Positions 23,473 through 35,050 of a DNA stretch of 64,000 bases are shown in pieces. The translations under genes and the position numbers were made by a program. The notes below the pieces were generated by a model. That model saw nothing but the letters and a program-made list of their open reading frames with translations, did not search any database and had not been told where the DNA came from. How positions within the stretch are numbered: the first letter of the stretch is position 1; every line of letters begins with the position of its first letter. The DNA lies in assembly GCA_976226885.1 (NCBI GenBank), contig OZ320317.1, forward strand, positions 34,100,001 through 34,164,000. Reading direction: 5' to 3'. The DNA is from Iphione sp. A-MEVVRFRX5 (Eukaryota).

Positions 23473-25036
23473 CGCGAACTTGTGTTAGTAGACGCCCGTA
23501 GTTGTTCAAACCTCGGCCTCTCGACTGACTCGTAGGTGATGTCGGTGCGACTCCGGAACCCCAGTAGCCGTCCTTCGTTGTGATCACAATTTCTCTGTTG
23601 CCGGTGGCTAGAAGATCATTTTTGGCCTTCGCGTCTTGTATAAATTTCTCTCGTAGAATCGTTCGCATCACTTTCAGCCTTGAGTTAGTCCAGTCTGAAG
23701 TCGACTGTATGCGGCAGCCCAGCCTTTCAATCTTTGCTCTCGAACGTAAGGGCAAGATCTCCTTTGCTAATTTATCCTGCCGACACAACTGTAGTCCTTC
23801 CCAATAGTACGCATGTGCGGCAGAGAGGAAAACTTTCCCCTTCCACCTCAGGTCTGCCTCGTTGTCAGATGATAGCCTTGTACCCGCGTGGTCGATAAAA
23901 ATATATTTTCGTCTGCACGAAGTGACCCCTTCGTCACCAGACCCGTCCTCCCCAGACCCACTCTGTTCCACTTCCATTGGTGTTATTTTCGCTGCTGCCT
24001 CTATGGGTGCCTTCTCAGCCTGTGCGGCGACCGGGGTGGCTGGTAACCCGCTCCTCCTCGATCGTGTTTCACGCCTCGGTTGCTCCTCTAGGGTTACCGG
24101 TTTGGGCTCCTGTTTCTTCCTCTTCTTACTTTCGGCCTGGCCTGCTCGTTCTGATTCGGATGTCTCCGTTTTACTTGCTTCTCCCTCACTGGATTCCCTC
24201 TTCTTCGCTAGCTGCTCTGCTTTTTTCGACATGGCCAGTTTCCGTTGTTCCAGAGTAAAGTCATGATTCAGCCAGATGTCCTTTCCTTTTAGATTTTTCT
24301 TCCTAGCCATTACGTCTGACTTTTTAGAATATGATCTGAAACGTACGAATATTCCCCGTATACCACTCTTATTAGCACGTTTCGTTCTATACGCAGTGTC
24401 AAGGTCGTTCACAGTTATTTTTGTTCCAATTGAGCTAAATAGCCTAATAACAGCGGCAAGCGTGTTCTCATTATCGGTTTCCTGCATACCCTCAATGAAA
24501 ATATTATTTCTCTTCTGGAGTCGCTCTAGTCTCTCACATCGTTTCTCCAGTTCCACATGTATTTTGCCACGCTCTTTAGATACTACTTTGTCAGTGTCAG
24601 TCAGTGCAATTTGTTCCTCCAACACTTCCAGTCTAGTCTCCATCGCCTTGACATCATTTTGTACCTCCCATATATCGGCGGTATTCGATTCTACCATTTT
24701 CGTAATTTTTGCGACACTGTCCTCACATATCTTAAGTACCTGATCCATTTTCTTCTGTAATTTCTTATCGCGTTTTGAGTCAGCCAGCTCCTTTTTATGC
24801 ATTTGTTTTAGGAAATCATTCCAGCTCGGGAACCCTGCAGGATCGGGTTCAACGTCGTTCTCGTCATCAGAATCGTCCGTCTTCCCTCCCTCCGTTCTTT
24901 TCTTGTTTTCCCTCTCTAGAGGACTAACCTCCTTCCTCTTTGTACCCTTTACAGTTGTGTAGGTCGTTTCCTCATCATCTGAGCTTTCCTCTAGATTACC
25001 TTGTGTCGGTGTTGAGCTCTCAGCTATTTCCGCCAT
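23447..25036 (-). CDS. LINE ORF1 protein (529 aa): acidic N-terminus, coiled coil, L1-ORF1-type RRM/CTD, low-complexity linker, C-terminal NADAR (YbiA-like) domain at about aa 377-525
   Basis: Heptad-rich segment (VQNDVKAMETRLEVLEEQI...LEKRCERLERLQKRNN). RRM-like NNIFIEGMQE...DLDTAYR...IFVRF...LKGKDIWLNHDFT. NADAR signatures: VMRTILREKFIQ, LLATGNREIV, DGYWGSG, GLNNYGRLLTQVRDEL. Confidence 0.88.
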   Translation of the reverse strand: MAEIAESSTPTQGNLEESSDDEETTYTTVKGTKRKEVSPLERENKKRTEGGKTDDSDDENDVEPDPAGFPSWNDFLKQMHKKELADSKRDKKLQKKMDQVLKICEDSVAKITKMVESNTADIWEVQNDVKAMETRLEVLEEQIALTDTDKVVSKERGKIHVELEKRCERLERLQKRNNIFIEGMQETDNENTLAAVIRLFSSIGTKITVNDLDTAYRTKRANKSGIRGIFVRFRSYSKKSDVMARKKNLKGKDIWLNHDFTLEQRKLAMSKKAEQLAKKRESSEGEASKTETSESERAGQAESKKRKKQEPKPVTLEEQPRRETRSRRSGLPATPVAAQAEKAPIEAAAKITPMEVEQSGSGEDGSGDEGVTSCRRKYIFIDHAGTRLSSDNEADLRWKGKVFLSAAHAYYWEGLQLCRQDKLAKEILPLRSRAKIERLGCRIQSTSDWTNSRLKVMRTILREKFIQDAKAKNDLLATGNREIVITTKDGYWGSGVAPTSPTSQSRGRGLNNYGRLLTQVRDELCTNKG

Positions 25037-25439
25037 ATTTCAATGCAACGTACTCTATGATTATTAATTCTTCACACCTTCCGACCTTCAGAGAGTGTAT
25101 ATAATCACAACCCCATACATAGCATAATACAAGAGCAAAATATATGTATGTTTGCTTAACTCACGGGTTGATTATCGTCTGTTGGGCCACTTTCCGTTGG
25201 TCGCGGTTGCGTCCGGTGTTCTCCTCCGAGTTTGTTATTATCCTCGTTTTTCGCCCACTGCAGTTGTCGCATATTCTAATCACACTATTGCTCACAAATA
25301 CATGGCCTCTTTCAATATTGATCCGCTCAGCTTTCTCAGCAATATAATCACTCAATTAGCTTGACCAAAAACATTGCCCTCGAACATTGTCAGTCTAAGC
25401 CTGTTACCTCCGTTTAGGTAGAAAATCGGGACCGTGCGC

Positions 25440-25479
25440 CAAACACGTCCTACTCGCGCTCGGCCATTCTATATTCGTG
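25440..25479 (-). promoter_or_regulatory. Probable 5' end / internal promoter start of the LINE, with a YY1-like ATGGCCG motif
   Basis: Sense AGAATGGCCGAGCGCGAGTAGGACGTG in a CpG-richer patch about 430 nt upstream of the ORF1 ATG. It resembles the AAGATGGCCG start of L1 5' UTRs but is an imperfect match. Confidence 0.4.
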
Positions 25480-26548
25480 AGATTTATGAGAGCTTTGTTG
25501 TATACGTATCACATACAGCATATAGGCTGTAATTGAAGCCCCTTGCTTCTTCCCGTCGCGGCCCTTATTAAAAGGTCCCTAGTAGAAACCTTGACAAAGA
25601 GAAAATATAATCGATTCTTTTTGAAAGTATTTCTATGAGAGACATTTCACTAAGTGGCTTTCTACAACAGTAAATACCAATGAATACGTGCACATTGACT
25701 ATATAACAAATGATTTGGAGAAGAGTTTATAGTCTTTACTCTATCCCCCTTTAACAGTGAGCATCCAGAATGGCTACCGCTAGGAAATATGAGGGCAATT
25801 GTCGTGTGTACATGTATTTATTATATATTGAATCTGTCTATATATAAATTCATAGTTAATTCAACCATTATTTGGATAGTTGCTACGTGGATGGTTTCCC
25901 GGATAAAATGTTGCTGTAGAAAAGGGATACGTTGCTATAGTACATTTTGTGATATGAAATATGATTGCATACTATTTAGGTGTATAAATTAGACTGCGAT
26001 GAATATGATCACTCAACAATAAGGGAAATCTTGAGGACATGGTATTTTCTCTTAAATCCTGTGATATACAGTATATAAGAAAAATATCTTTGCTAAAAAT
26101 ACCATGATTGAATATCAAAAAAATGACACAGTACAACATAGACAGGCATTCACTGCTGCTTATATACCAATACTGTAAAAATTGTTTTCAGTTCTAACCT
26201 GTTAGTGTGTTGATACCAAATACAAATTTATGTTAAATCATTAACACTTTTAATACACTGATGTTAATCATAGCAGTTGCACACAGCTATACTCTAAGTT
26301 ATCAAAAGTATTTACCTTTCACTAAAAACACCATTAAAGCATTTCAAAAGTGTTACAAGCCGAAACAAGTTACTCAATTTTATTCTATTAACATGAATAG
26401 TGTTCAGATTATTAATACATTAACATCTTTAAAATACATCTGACAAAGCATGTTCAAAACTGAACAATTGTCTTTTAAGTGCAGGTGTAACCATTGCAGC
26501 ACCTAGAATAGCAGATATATCTTACATGTCCCTCATCAGTGGCTCCTA

Positions 26549-26737
26549 GCAATGGCACAGGCACATCCAACCAGTTGGGATGATGCATCAACCACCTCCT
26601 GTAAAATCCTGGCAATGATGCAGGCACACCCAACTAGTGGACACGACTCATCGATCACCTCTTGGGAAGTCTGGGCAATAATACAAGGACACCTAACTAG
26701 TGGGGATTACCCTTCAAGCACCTCCCTGAAAATCTTT
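26549..26737. repeat. Three diverged tandem copies of a 63-bp unit
   Basis: Units start at 26549, 26612 and 26675 (GCAAT...CAC..AAC.AGT.G...CACCTC). Exact 63-nt period with no indels. Confidence 0.85.
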
Positions 26738-29700
26738 CCATAAGGCAAGATGGCCGGAAAATATACGTTGACTATTTCGAGAAGGATGTTTTCGATGAAA
26801 ACACTTAATTGTCATACTTTATACTTTTTATTCTGTAAAGTACAGCATTGTCCTAAGGAGACTGCTTTCGCAAAGGACTGGTTGAGAAGAGTATGACTCA
26901 ATACAAATTAATTATGTTCATGGAAACTTTGAGATGATATTGACGGTGTTTTAATTCATTTTAAGAACTATTTTCATCTCACTGTAATTAAGTACACGTA
27001 ATGGTATGCTAACATCTATTGACAATATGGTACAGTGATGTGCACCACAATGGTACATGTCGTATAGTATCCTGGGGAATGTCAACTGGTAAATATATCT
27101 GCCGGTAGGTTTACAGTGAAATGCCCAGTAGATGCTGTTTAAATAACGCCATCACTTCAGATATGTGAAAGTACTTGGCAGTCGTGAATTAAATATTTGA
27201 AGACAGATTTCAATTTCATTACTTTTATGAAATTGATAACATAATGCCAGACACTTCAGGAATTGCAGTGTCACTGTTGTAAATAACACTGATGATTTGC
27301 AAGAATGTCTTCTGTTGGGGTCAAGAATGTCCTGATTAAATGAGACTATTCCGAATGTTGGAGTTCAGCAAAAAATGACAGACCATAACTCAGATGAGGA
27401 GGATTTCACCGGGGAGGATGACGTTCTTCTCCTTCTAAAAGATGGAGAAGGAGATTTTGAAACAAGAAGGGAAATAAATCGTAATATCAGGAGTATGATT
27501 GTCAGGTGGAGAGGAATCCTTTCAAGAAAATGGAAACAAAATTTTTTGTTGTGTACATGAAATGGGCTTATGTTGAAGAAGACATGACATAAGCAATGAA
27601 TCAATTGGACTCAGCGTATGGTACATTACTGTGATAGAATAACTTGGAGTGGAAGGAAACATATTTATCATAAATGAATGCCCACCGGAAGGGCATGACA
27701 ACCAGCAATACTTCTTGTTGCTTGTCTTTCCATAAAACGTCTTGGATTTGGGGGCGTCAACAGCCCTGCAAGCTGAGGGTTCGCGATCTCCAAATAAAAT
27801 GTAAATCTAAACATATTGTAAGTATGGGTTGGTCCAAATAAACTCAGGTGACCAATTTCAAACCAATTTATTCTCCAAGGACCCTGTGTATTTACAGGTG
27901 CACAGCATTCAATAGGAATTACTACATAGAAACAAATGTGTATCTACATTTAGTATGTATTCCATCTAATCAGTCCTGAGCCCAGAAGGCAGCTAATCAA
28001 GATTCACTAGTTCCTCCCCAGTGATATGTAAAAATATTAAATGACATGAGCCAAACATACCAGAATATTTAAATTTCTACAAATAAGACATGGCCTGACA
28101 ATATATTCAATGACCCCAACCTACCCCCAATGACCCTGGCACTAAGTGGACCTTCACGAGTATTGGATCAAATCTAATCCTTCTCTAATCCAGCACCAGT
28201 TCCTGCGTTCTGCCAGTAGCATCATTACCAATGGTAACATTTGTATCTAACTTTTACAGACATCTGTACATAGTATGTAGCACATGGAACTGACTGGATC
28301 TTGGAAAAACAAGACCCGTAGATATGGCTTTATCCCCAGTTTTGGCCCTGAGCAGAAGTGCTTCAAATCACAATACTTGCACCGCTACATTAATTGTTTC
28401 CTAAAAAACAATATAAAAGGCTTGGCGAACTTCTACACGATGCGTCGTTTTATGGGTATCGCCACTTTCACGTTAAAAAATAGATGGTTTCAAGGTATTG
28501 GGCAATCTATGATACAGCGTTTAAAAATCTACTGTAGAATGCAAGGTTCCATACATATAACACCTTCCACAGGTAGATTTGTTTAAATCTAGACATCCGG
28601 TGTGAAAGTTTATTTAGGAGTATGCTTACTTGGTAAAAGTCATGACTTGCACTGGTCTACTATTCTAGAGGCATAAGGTCATAGAGCCATGGGCCTAGAA
28701 ATCTTGATCTTGATCAGAGAAAGATATCAAATCCCAAATCCAAAGTGATCTGCATTTTTTCCAAAATGGCTTTGGATATATCGTATTCTGCCCCATATAT
28801 ATATATATATATATTTAAAAAACAGAAACAGCTATTATGCTCTTTCAATTCTCAAATATAAAGAAAGAATGAAATGAAATGTCATCAGTGAATACTGCGA
28901 TCTATAGTACTAACGTTAAAAGTCACAAATGGTATATACCCCCAATAATCAGGACCCGTCTGTCTTTTGGTCCTATTAGTTCCGGAATAAATTACTTATC
29001 CATCTATTTACCTATATGTTTGACTTGAGCAATTCACATTCAGTACCACTTGACACTGACTTGATTATAGGCGATGATGGATTTATGAGATTTATGAGAT
29101 TGGACTGCAAATGATATAGATTTATATACATTTATATATATATATATATATCAATCGTTTCGTGTGTATTCTCAGAAATGTCTATCTAACCAAGTCGACG
29201 GTAAAGCATTGCAGCTTGTAAATACATGCAGCAGTAATGTTTATTGGTTGCTATGTTGCGAGGTACTTCCTGTTTGGGAAGCTTTCGTTTCGGTCATTCT
29301 ACGGGGACCATTCAGCGTATGATAATGAAGGCTGGTAGGCAGAGATGTCGAACTCGTTTTCCACTGCGAGTCTCATAAGGCACATTGAGTGTTTCCACAG
29401 ACAGTGTGACAAGAGCTCATGGCTGCAACCCAATATTTTATAAGGCTATGGATTTCAACGCCTCAGCCATACTTACATATTTTCGAGTATCTCTAATGAA
29501 ATACAGTATATACGGAAATCGATGACCAAGAAAACCAACTGCAAGCTTATTCAACGTTTCCCTAATGAAATTTCTTCTAATTTCCTTGTTGCTCTTAGTC
29601 TAACGACGTTTATCGAGGCAGAATATTAGGACTTGGCTGGTACTATTTCCCTTTCCTACTTGATGCATCCAAGTGCTCTATAAGGTGACAGAGTTAGTTA

Positions 29701-30578
29701 TTTACCTTAGTGTCTCCTGGTAACTGTAATATATCCTCTTCGTTTACGAAAAACATACGATAGAAATACAACCGGGATAACGGGCCTTGTCAACCGAATG
29801 ATGCAGCTCTGATTAGATTTGCTTATTGCGTTTAGGCTGTGTATCTTGCTTCGTAGTTTTCATATCAGGCAGAAATGAGAGAAGTCGTTGACCAATATCT
29901 TGGGTGGTGAACCAAATATGTCAATTTGCAATGTGTAACCATGATAATAAAAGAGGAGCGAAGAACATTGGACATTATCCGTGATGAAAATATTAAATTA
30001 CTCGCGTAAGAACGGTGCTTAGATTACCTGACGAAAGGTTACACGATGTTTTGTAGAGATAATGACACGTTTTAAACCAAGCAAATAGAATGATTATTTC
30101 AAGTCCTTAATGACATGTTCATGTACTTTGGACCGGTGAATTGTTCAAATTCATTCTTTGTATACTGGTCACTCTTATCGAAGCTTGTCATATAACAGAC
30201 ATTAATGTCCGTCAGAAAAAAAGTTGGCCACTAAGCTGAGCCGTATCACCTACATTACTTTAATGATAAGAACATTGACAGTCAAAACTAGCAAGGAAGT
30301 CCTAGTTCGGTATTGCCAGCACGTTACGTATTGTTTCTTACCAGTACTGGTGTTTTCAAGTAGACAGCACACGGTTTTGGAACATTTTCGCTTAACAAAA
30401 AAACCCAGATGACAATCATATATTTCTAAACAGAATATCTTTTAAGCATGGACCAGAGCAAAGCAATATTGAAGACATTTAGGGTCTACAAGGAATGTTC
30501 TTCGAAGAATAAAGTTCAAAACTGCATAGGCCTAATATTTTCACTATGCAACACGTTTCCTCATCGATGTATTGTATC

Positions 30579-30581
<3 letters not shown>

Positions 30582-30635
<54 letters not shown>

Positions 30636-30641
30636 GAGAGA
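30582..30641. repeat. (GA)n microsatellite
   Basis: Direct reading. Confidence 0.98.
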
Positions 30642-33600
30642 AAGCACCGACTGCACCGACTGGCCCACCTCTCTGACATAGTTACAATAGGGCAACTGTC
30701 GGGAATACGCATGTGGAGCACCTGCCTGTCTCTTCCATCCTCGGCAGCTAACGATACAGTGTTTCCAACACATAAACACCTGCATACACAGTAATGTGCA
30801 CACAACTATCTTTCTGGCTTCCTCGGCTCGAGCATATCAACAAACATCTATACACATCACACAGGTGTCTAAGACTCATAAGTAAAGGAGTTGCAATATC
30901 CCTACACATATACACATACGGACACACACACATGCATGCAGGAACACACGCAAATCTAACTCTCGTTTTTGTGTAAATCAGCCTGAAAATAGGAACTGAA
31001 CTACAATTGTTAGTTGTCCCCTTTTTAAAACCGGGAGAACCCATGAATATATAAACACGGCAATGTGCTTTGCCTTGTCCACTTTCCAGCTTCGATGGTA
31101 GCATACTATCAGCACACATTGAAAAGCAGAAACAGAAATCTACAATAAATAGCAGAACCCTGCTCATCCACCGACCCAATCACTCAGCCTCAGTGGACAA
31201 ACGCTGATGATGGAAGCCCTTTCTTGATACTGTGGTATGAGTATGTCTCTGGCCGGCACATAATACCAATTCATTGGGTGTTCATTATTTCAGAGAATAT
31301 GTGACTTCTAATTTGTGTTCTGATTCATCCTCTAATTCTGATTCATCAAGGGTTTTATGTATTTTTTGTACTAAGAAAAGGTTTATCGTGTAATCTTGTG
31401 GCTAAGTTTAGAACCAGGCTTGGAAAAAACGGCTAGGTTTCCTGAATAAAGCAGTTACTCTCTGACTGCACGTCAAGAGGGTTGCATCCAGCAGAAGTCC
31501 TGCATTCGGAGTGAACTAGATATTCTGAGTGGATTTTATTCGTTCCCCATGTGATTTCAGATATCCCTATCCGAAACCAGCACACATAACAATATGTTTC
31601 ATTGACTTATGTTACTATGGCGCTGTCATCTAGATATAAATAAAGTTATAACATCACTGAATATCTCATGGCATATGGTTTATTCCAGATGGTTATATTT
31701 CTTACCTTACTCTACAGTTAAGCGATAAGATCTGGAATGCAGAGTATAGTAGTCAGACTGGTATTCCTCATACCGTTAGAATACAATGTAGATTTAAACC
31801 TCTTAAATATTCGCATCTTTTACAGACAAAATTTTCACTTTTCCTTCTCCGTTTCTGTATAGAATGCCCAGCAACTATCCTGCCACATGAATACTAACCA
31901 CCATCCACACACCTGCCCCTGCGTCAGCTTCAATCTCACCTGGCCTAGTCACCTGTTCAGTATTCAAAGGAACCTAAGGCTTACCTCCACCTGCTCGCCC
32001 CCACCCACTGCCATCCGATCCACAATGTACTACATAATAACAATTCTTTCCACCCAAAGACACCAACAGCTCTGTCGATGTGTAACTTATGCAGTCCCCC
32101 ACCCACACATTGATCATATTGCGCCTAGACAAGTTGGTGCTAGAAGCTGACAGTCCAGTGCGACAGCCTGCCTTTGCCAGCAGTTATGCACCCGGCGAGT
32201 TCTAACAATGAGGACTTAGTGACTCATCGAGTCGTCCATTATTAATAAAGGATTATCTCATCTCCATCTCCATCAATTAAAACGGAATTTAACAGACACA
32301 CGACTCAAAGTGGTTTTAATAAAGTTACAGTAACTTCTAGAAAAGCCAATGAATATCCATGGAAATCGAGTTACGTTGCCAACATATAAAAGGAATAAAT
32401 GCGTATATGGCTATCGTAGATTCTCTTTGCAAAGACAACCCCTTATATTTTATTAGCCTGTTGAAATAAATGTGTTCTCAACAGCTGGAGAGGAGAAGCA
32501 ATCGTAAAATGTAAATATTTACAGCGTCCACACATAAAATTTCAAGCATTTGCATCTGACCTAACAAACGCGGCCTTTACACTGGAACTAGACAGCTATC
32601 ACATCCAAGGCATCATAGCGGCCCCGCCTACCCTATTCCAGTGTTACCTATCAAATACCAATGTTCCCTATCGCCAGGCTAGCAGTGGAACTACCCGCAT
32701 CCCAAAATGCCTGTCTATACTGCGGTAGATGAAGCAGTTTGTTATTTCCCCTCAGGTCAGAGGAGGGGATCGGGCCAGGATTGTGTTCGGTATCTTTATC
32801 ATGTGTTATGAATGGCTGCTGCTGCAGAATGACAGATGACGGCCACGGCGGCTCCCAACCACACACCCACACATATCTACACCCTAGCCTCGCCATCCCA
32901 CCTGCACCCTGTTTTATTGCAGCAGACGTGCAATTTTTATGTTGTGAATCAGACGTACGTAGTGGCCGGCTTTGGGAACGGTTGAGGGGAGGGCGACGGG
33001 GGGATGCAGAGGAGGGTGTAAGAAGTACGTCCCCCACCGGAAAACCGTATGTGGGATCGTAGTTGCCATGGCGCGGCGTGGTGCGCATCCACAAGAAGGT
33101 TGGGTAACCAAGCACGAGAAGCATCCATCATGTCGTCGTTTTATTGGGCGATATGAATACTTGAAAGGTGTAAAGATACTCCAGAATGGGAGCACCAACC
33201 AAGACCTTCCACAGTCGCTGTATAAATAATGTGTCGATGATAGAGGTCCGTTCAAAAGTGAAACAGATGCATTAAGTTTGGTAGGAAATGGAGAACCTCG
33301 GTCATGTGACGTATCACATCCTAAAAGGTCACAATAACTGTGAGGAGTGCCACCAATTAATACGATAGCAATACCCTATTGATGTTTAACACGTAGAGTT
33401 GGAGCAGAAGTAAACCTGAAATGCGGGATTTACATGAAATTCTATTTGCAACGAAAAATAACAAAGGCATTTCAAACGCTTATATAATATGAAAACCATT
33501 TCGTTTCAACCTATACCAAGATTCAAGCTTTCATTCGACGAATTTGTTGAGGTTTTTGACAAATTTCTCAAGCTCCACTTGTTCAGTTTGTGGACGTGTT

Positions 33601-34689
33601 TGAGTTAAAATCAACTCGTACCAACTAGCTTAATTTGCAAATTCCTTCCCATCATCCCCGGCTCTAATGGGACGTTTGAGTTCCCAACGTTTTACCGGAA
33701 GTCAACGCTTTGGCATGCGCACGCGTGTTTCCTTCAACCTTTTCGTGAGCTGGAATAAGGCCCGCCGATCCCCGATTAGTGCCGTCCGCGACCGCTGGGT
33801 GGGGTGGGAGGGGTCGTTTGGTGTGTCGTGGATGATGTTTATTGGTGCTGATTGAAGGCGGTTGGTGGCGGGCCAGTGGGGTGGCGCACGGATGATGACG
33901 CAAGGTGGAGATTGTCTGGCGCTGGTGGTTAGATGGTGATGCAATGGTTTCTCACGTTGCTGGCAATAGTGGTTCTACGTTTTGGACAGTAGCAACAAGT
34001 TGTAACAGGCTTTAGGTTGGTACCAGGCGATAGGTAGTATACAGGAATCAGGTGGTCAGGAAGGCATCTCGTTAGCTAACCCCGGCGGTCGCAGGGGGCG
34101 ACAGTAGGTACTGTAGGTGGCTGGTGGCGAGGTTTGTGAAGCTGGTGATAGAGGGGGATTGGTGGTGATAGTCATGTATCCAGGAAGAGAGCTCGGATGC
34201 TTTCAGAGGGCAGAATGATGAAAATCTGCATCAGGCAAATTATTAATGCAAATCAAATAAGTTTCAGTGTTTTATAGATAGACAGGGGGGAGCAATAAGG
34301 TTTAGTACGTACACAAGTTTCTGGCTTATTAATCAGTCAGTACTGATTGACTTTTCCATTGAACATTGAAACACAAAGTGGTAAAAACCATGTCAGATCA
34401 TCACCTTGTGAACTATTTGCTGTTGACATTAATAGCACAAGCAAATTCTGTATGTTTAAAACTTTAGATGATCGCGCTCATGGAAAATAGAAGTCACTTT
34501 CTTGGTTCATACTCAATCTCGTTGTTCTAACATCGCTTGAAATCCTTTACTTTTCAATCTCTGGCCGCCAACAAAAAGTTCCAAACATTTGTGGATGCCT
34601 TTTAAATATCAATTGCTTTCCGCCTTTTTTACTGTGACTAAAATACGTTTTTCAACCTGTGGATCTTTATTCTCCAAAAATTAAAGTGT

Positions 34690-35050
34690 GTGTGCACGCG
34701 CATGCTCTCCTGGTGCCGGAACCGGATACTCTGCCATTTTCTGGGCCATGCTCATGCGTAAAGGCGCGTTCGACGAGAGCCCCGCCGGAAACAGCGTCTC
34801 CCAGTAGGAAGTGACGGCAAACAAAGGTGACATCTGGTGAACAGCGGAGAAAATTTACTTCTGTTGGTCACGTGACAGAAAGGAGTGTGTCACTTGATTT
34901 CTAGTGGACTGGGGGTCCTTAATATGTTCACTCAGCTACGTTGTATACTAATGAAGCAGCCAGCTAGGTGCATTTTTTAAATTCCTATTGGCCTCCTAAC
35001 CGCTCTCCTCCTTTATTTATATCGTTACATAACAACAGGAGGGGCAGGGT
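34690..35050. promoter_or_regulatory. Promoter/enhancer-like motif cluster
   Basis: GCGCATGC (34698, NRF1-like), GCCATTTT (34733, YY1-like), GGAAGTGACG (34807, ETS-CRE), GTCACGTGAC (34867, palindromic E-box/CLEAR), ATTGG (34987, CCAAT), in a CpG-richer patch. Confidence 0.45.

Larger units (their letters stand above)
18363..25479 (-). mobile_element. Apparently full-length non-LTR retrotransposon (LINE), CR1/L2/Crack group, three long ORFs
   Basis: Three uninterrupted minus-strand ORFs (ORF1-like, SGNH, APE-RT). A20 tail (T20 at 18363-18382 on +) preceded by AATAAA. The 5' boundary is approximate, based on an ATGGCCG motif near 25460-25466 and a weak 6-bp TSD candidate AGATTT (18360-18365 / 25480-25485). 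Clade assignment is by eye from ORF2 motifs. Confidence 0.93.

Noticed and set aside
25161-25355. 64-aa minus-strand ORF in the LINE 5' UTR
   Set aside because: Starts at TTG and has no recognisable motif.
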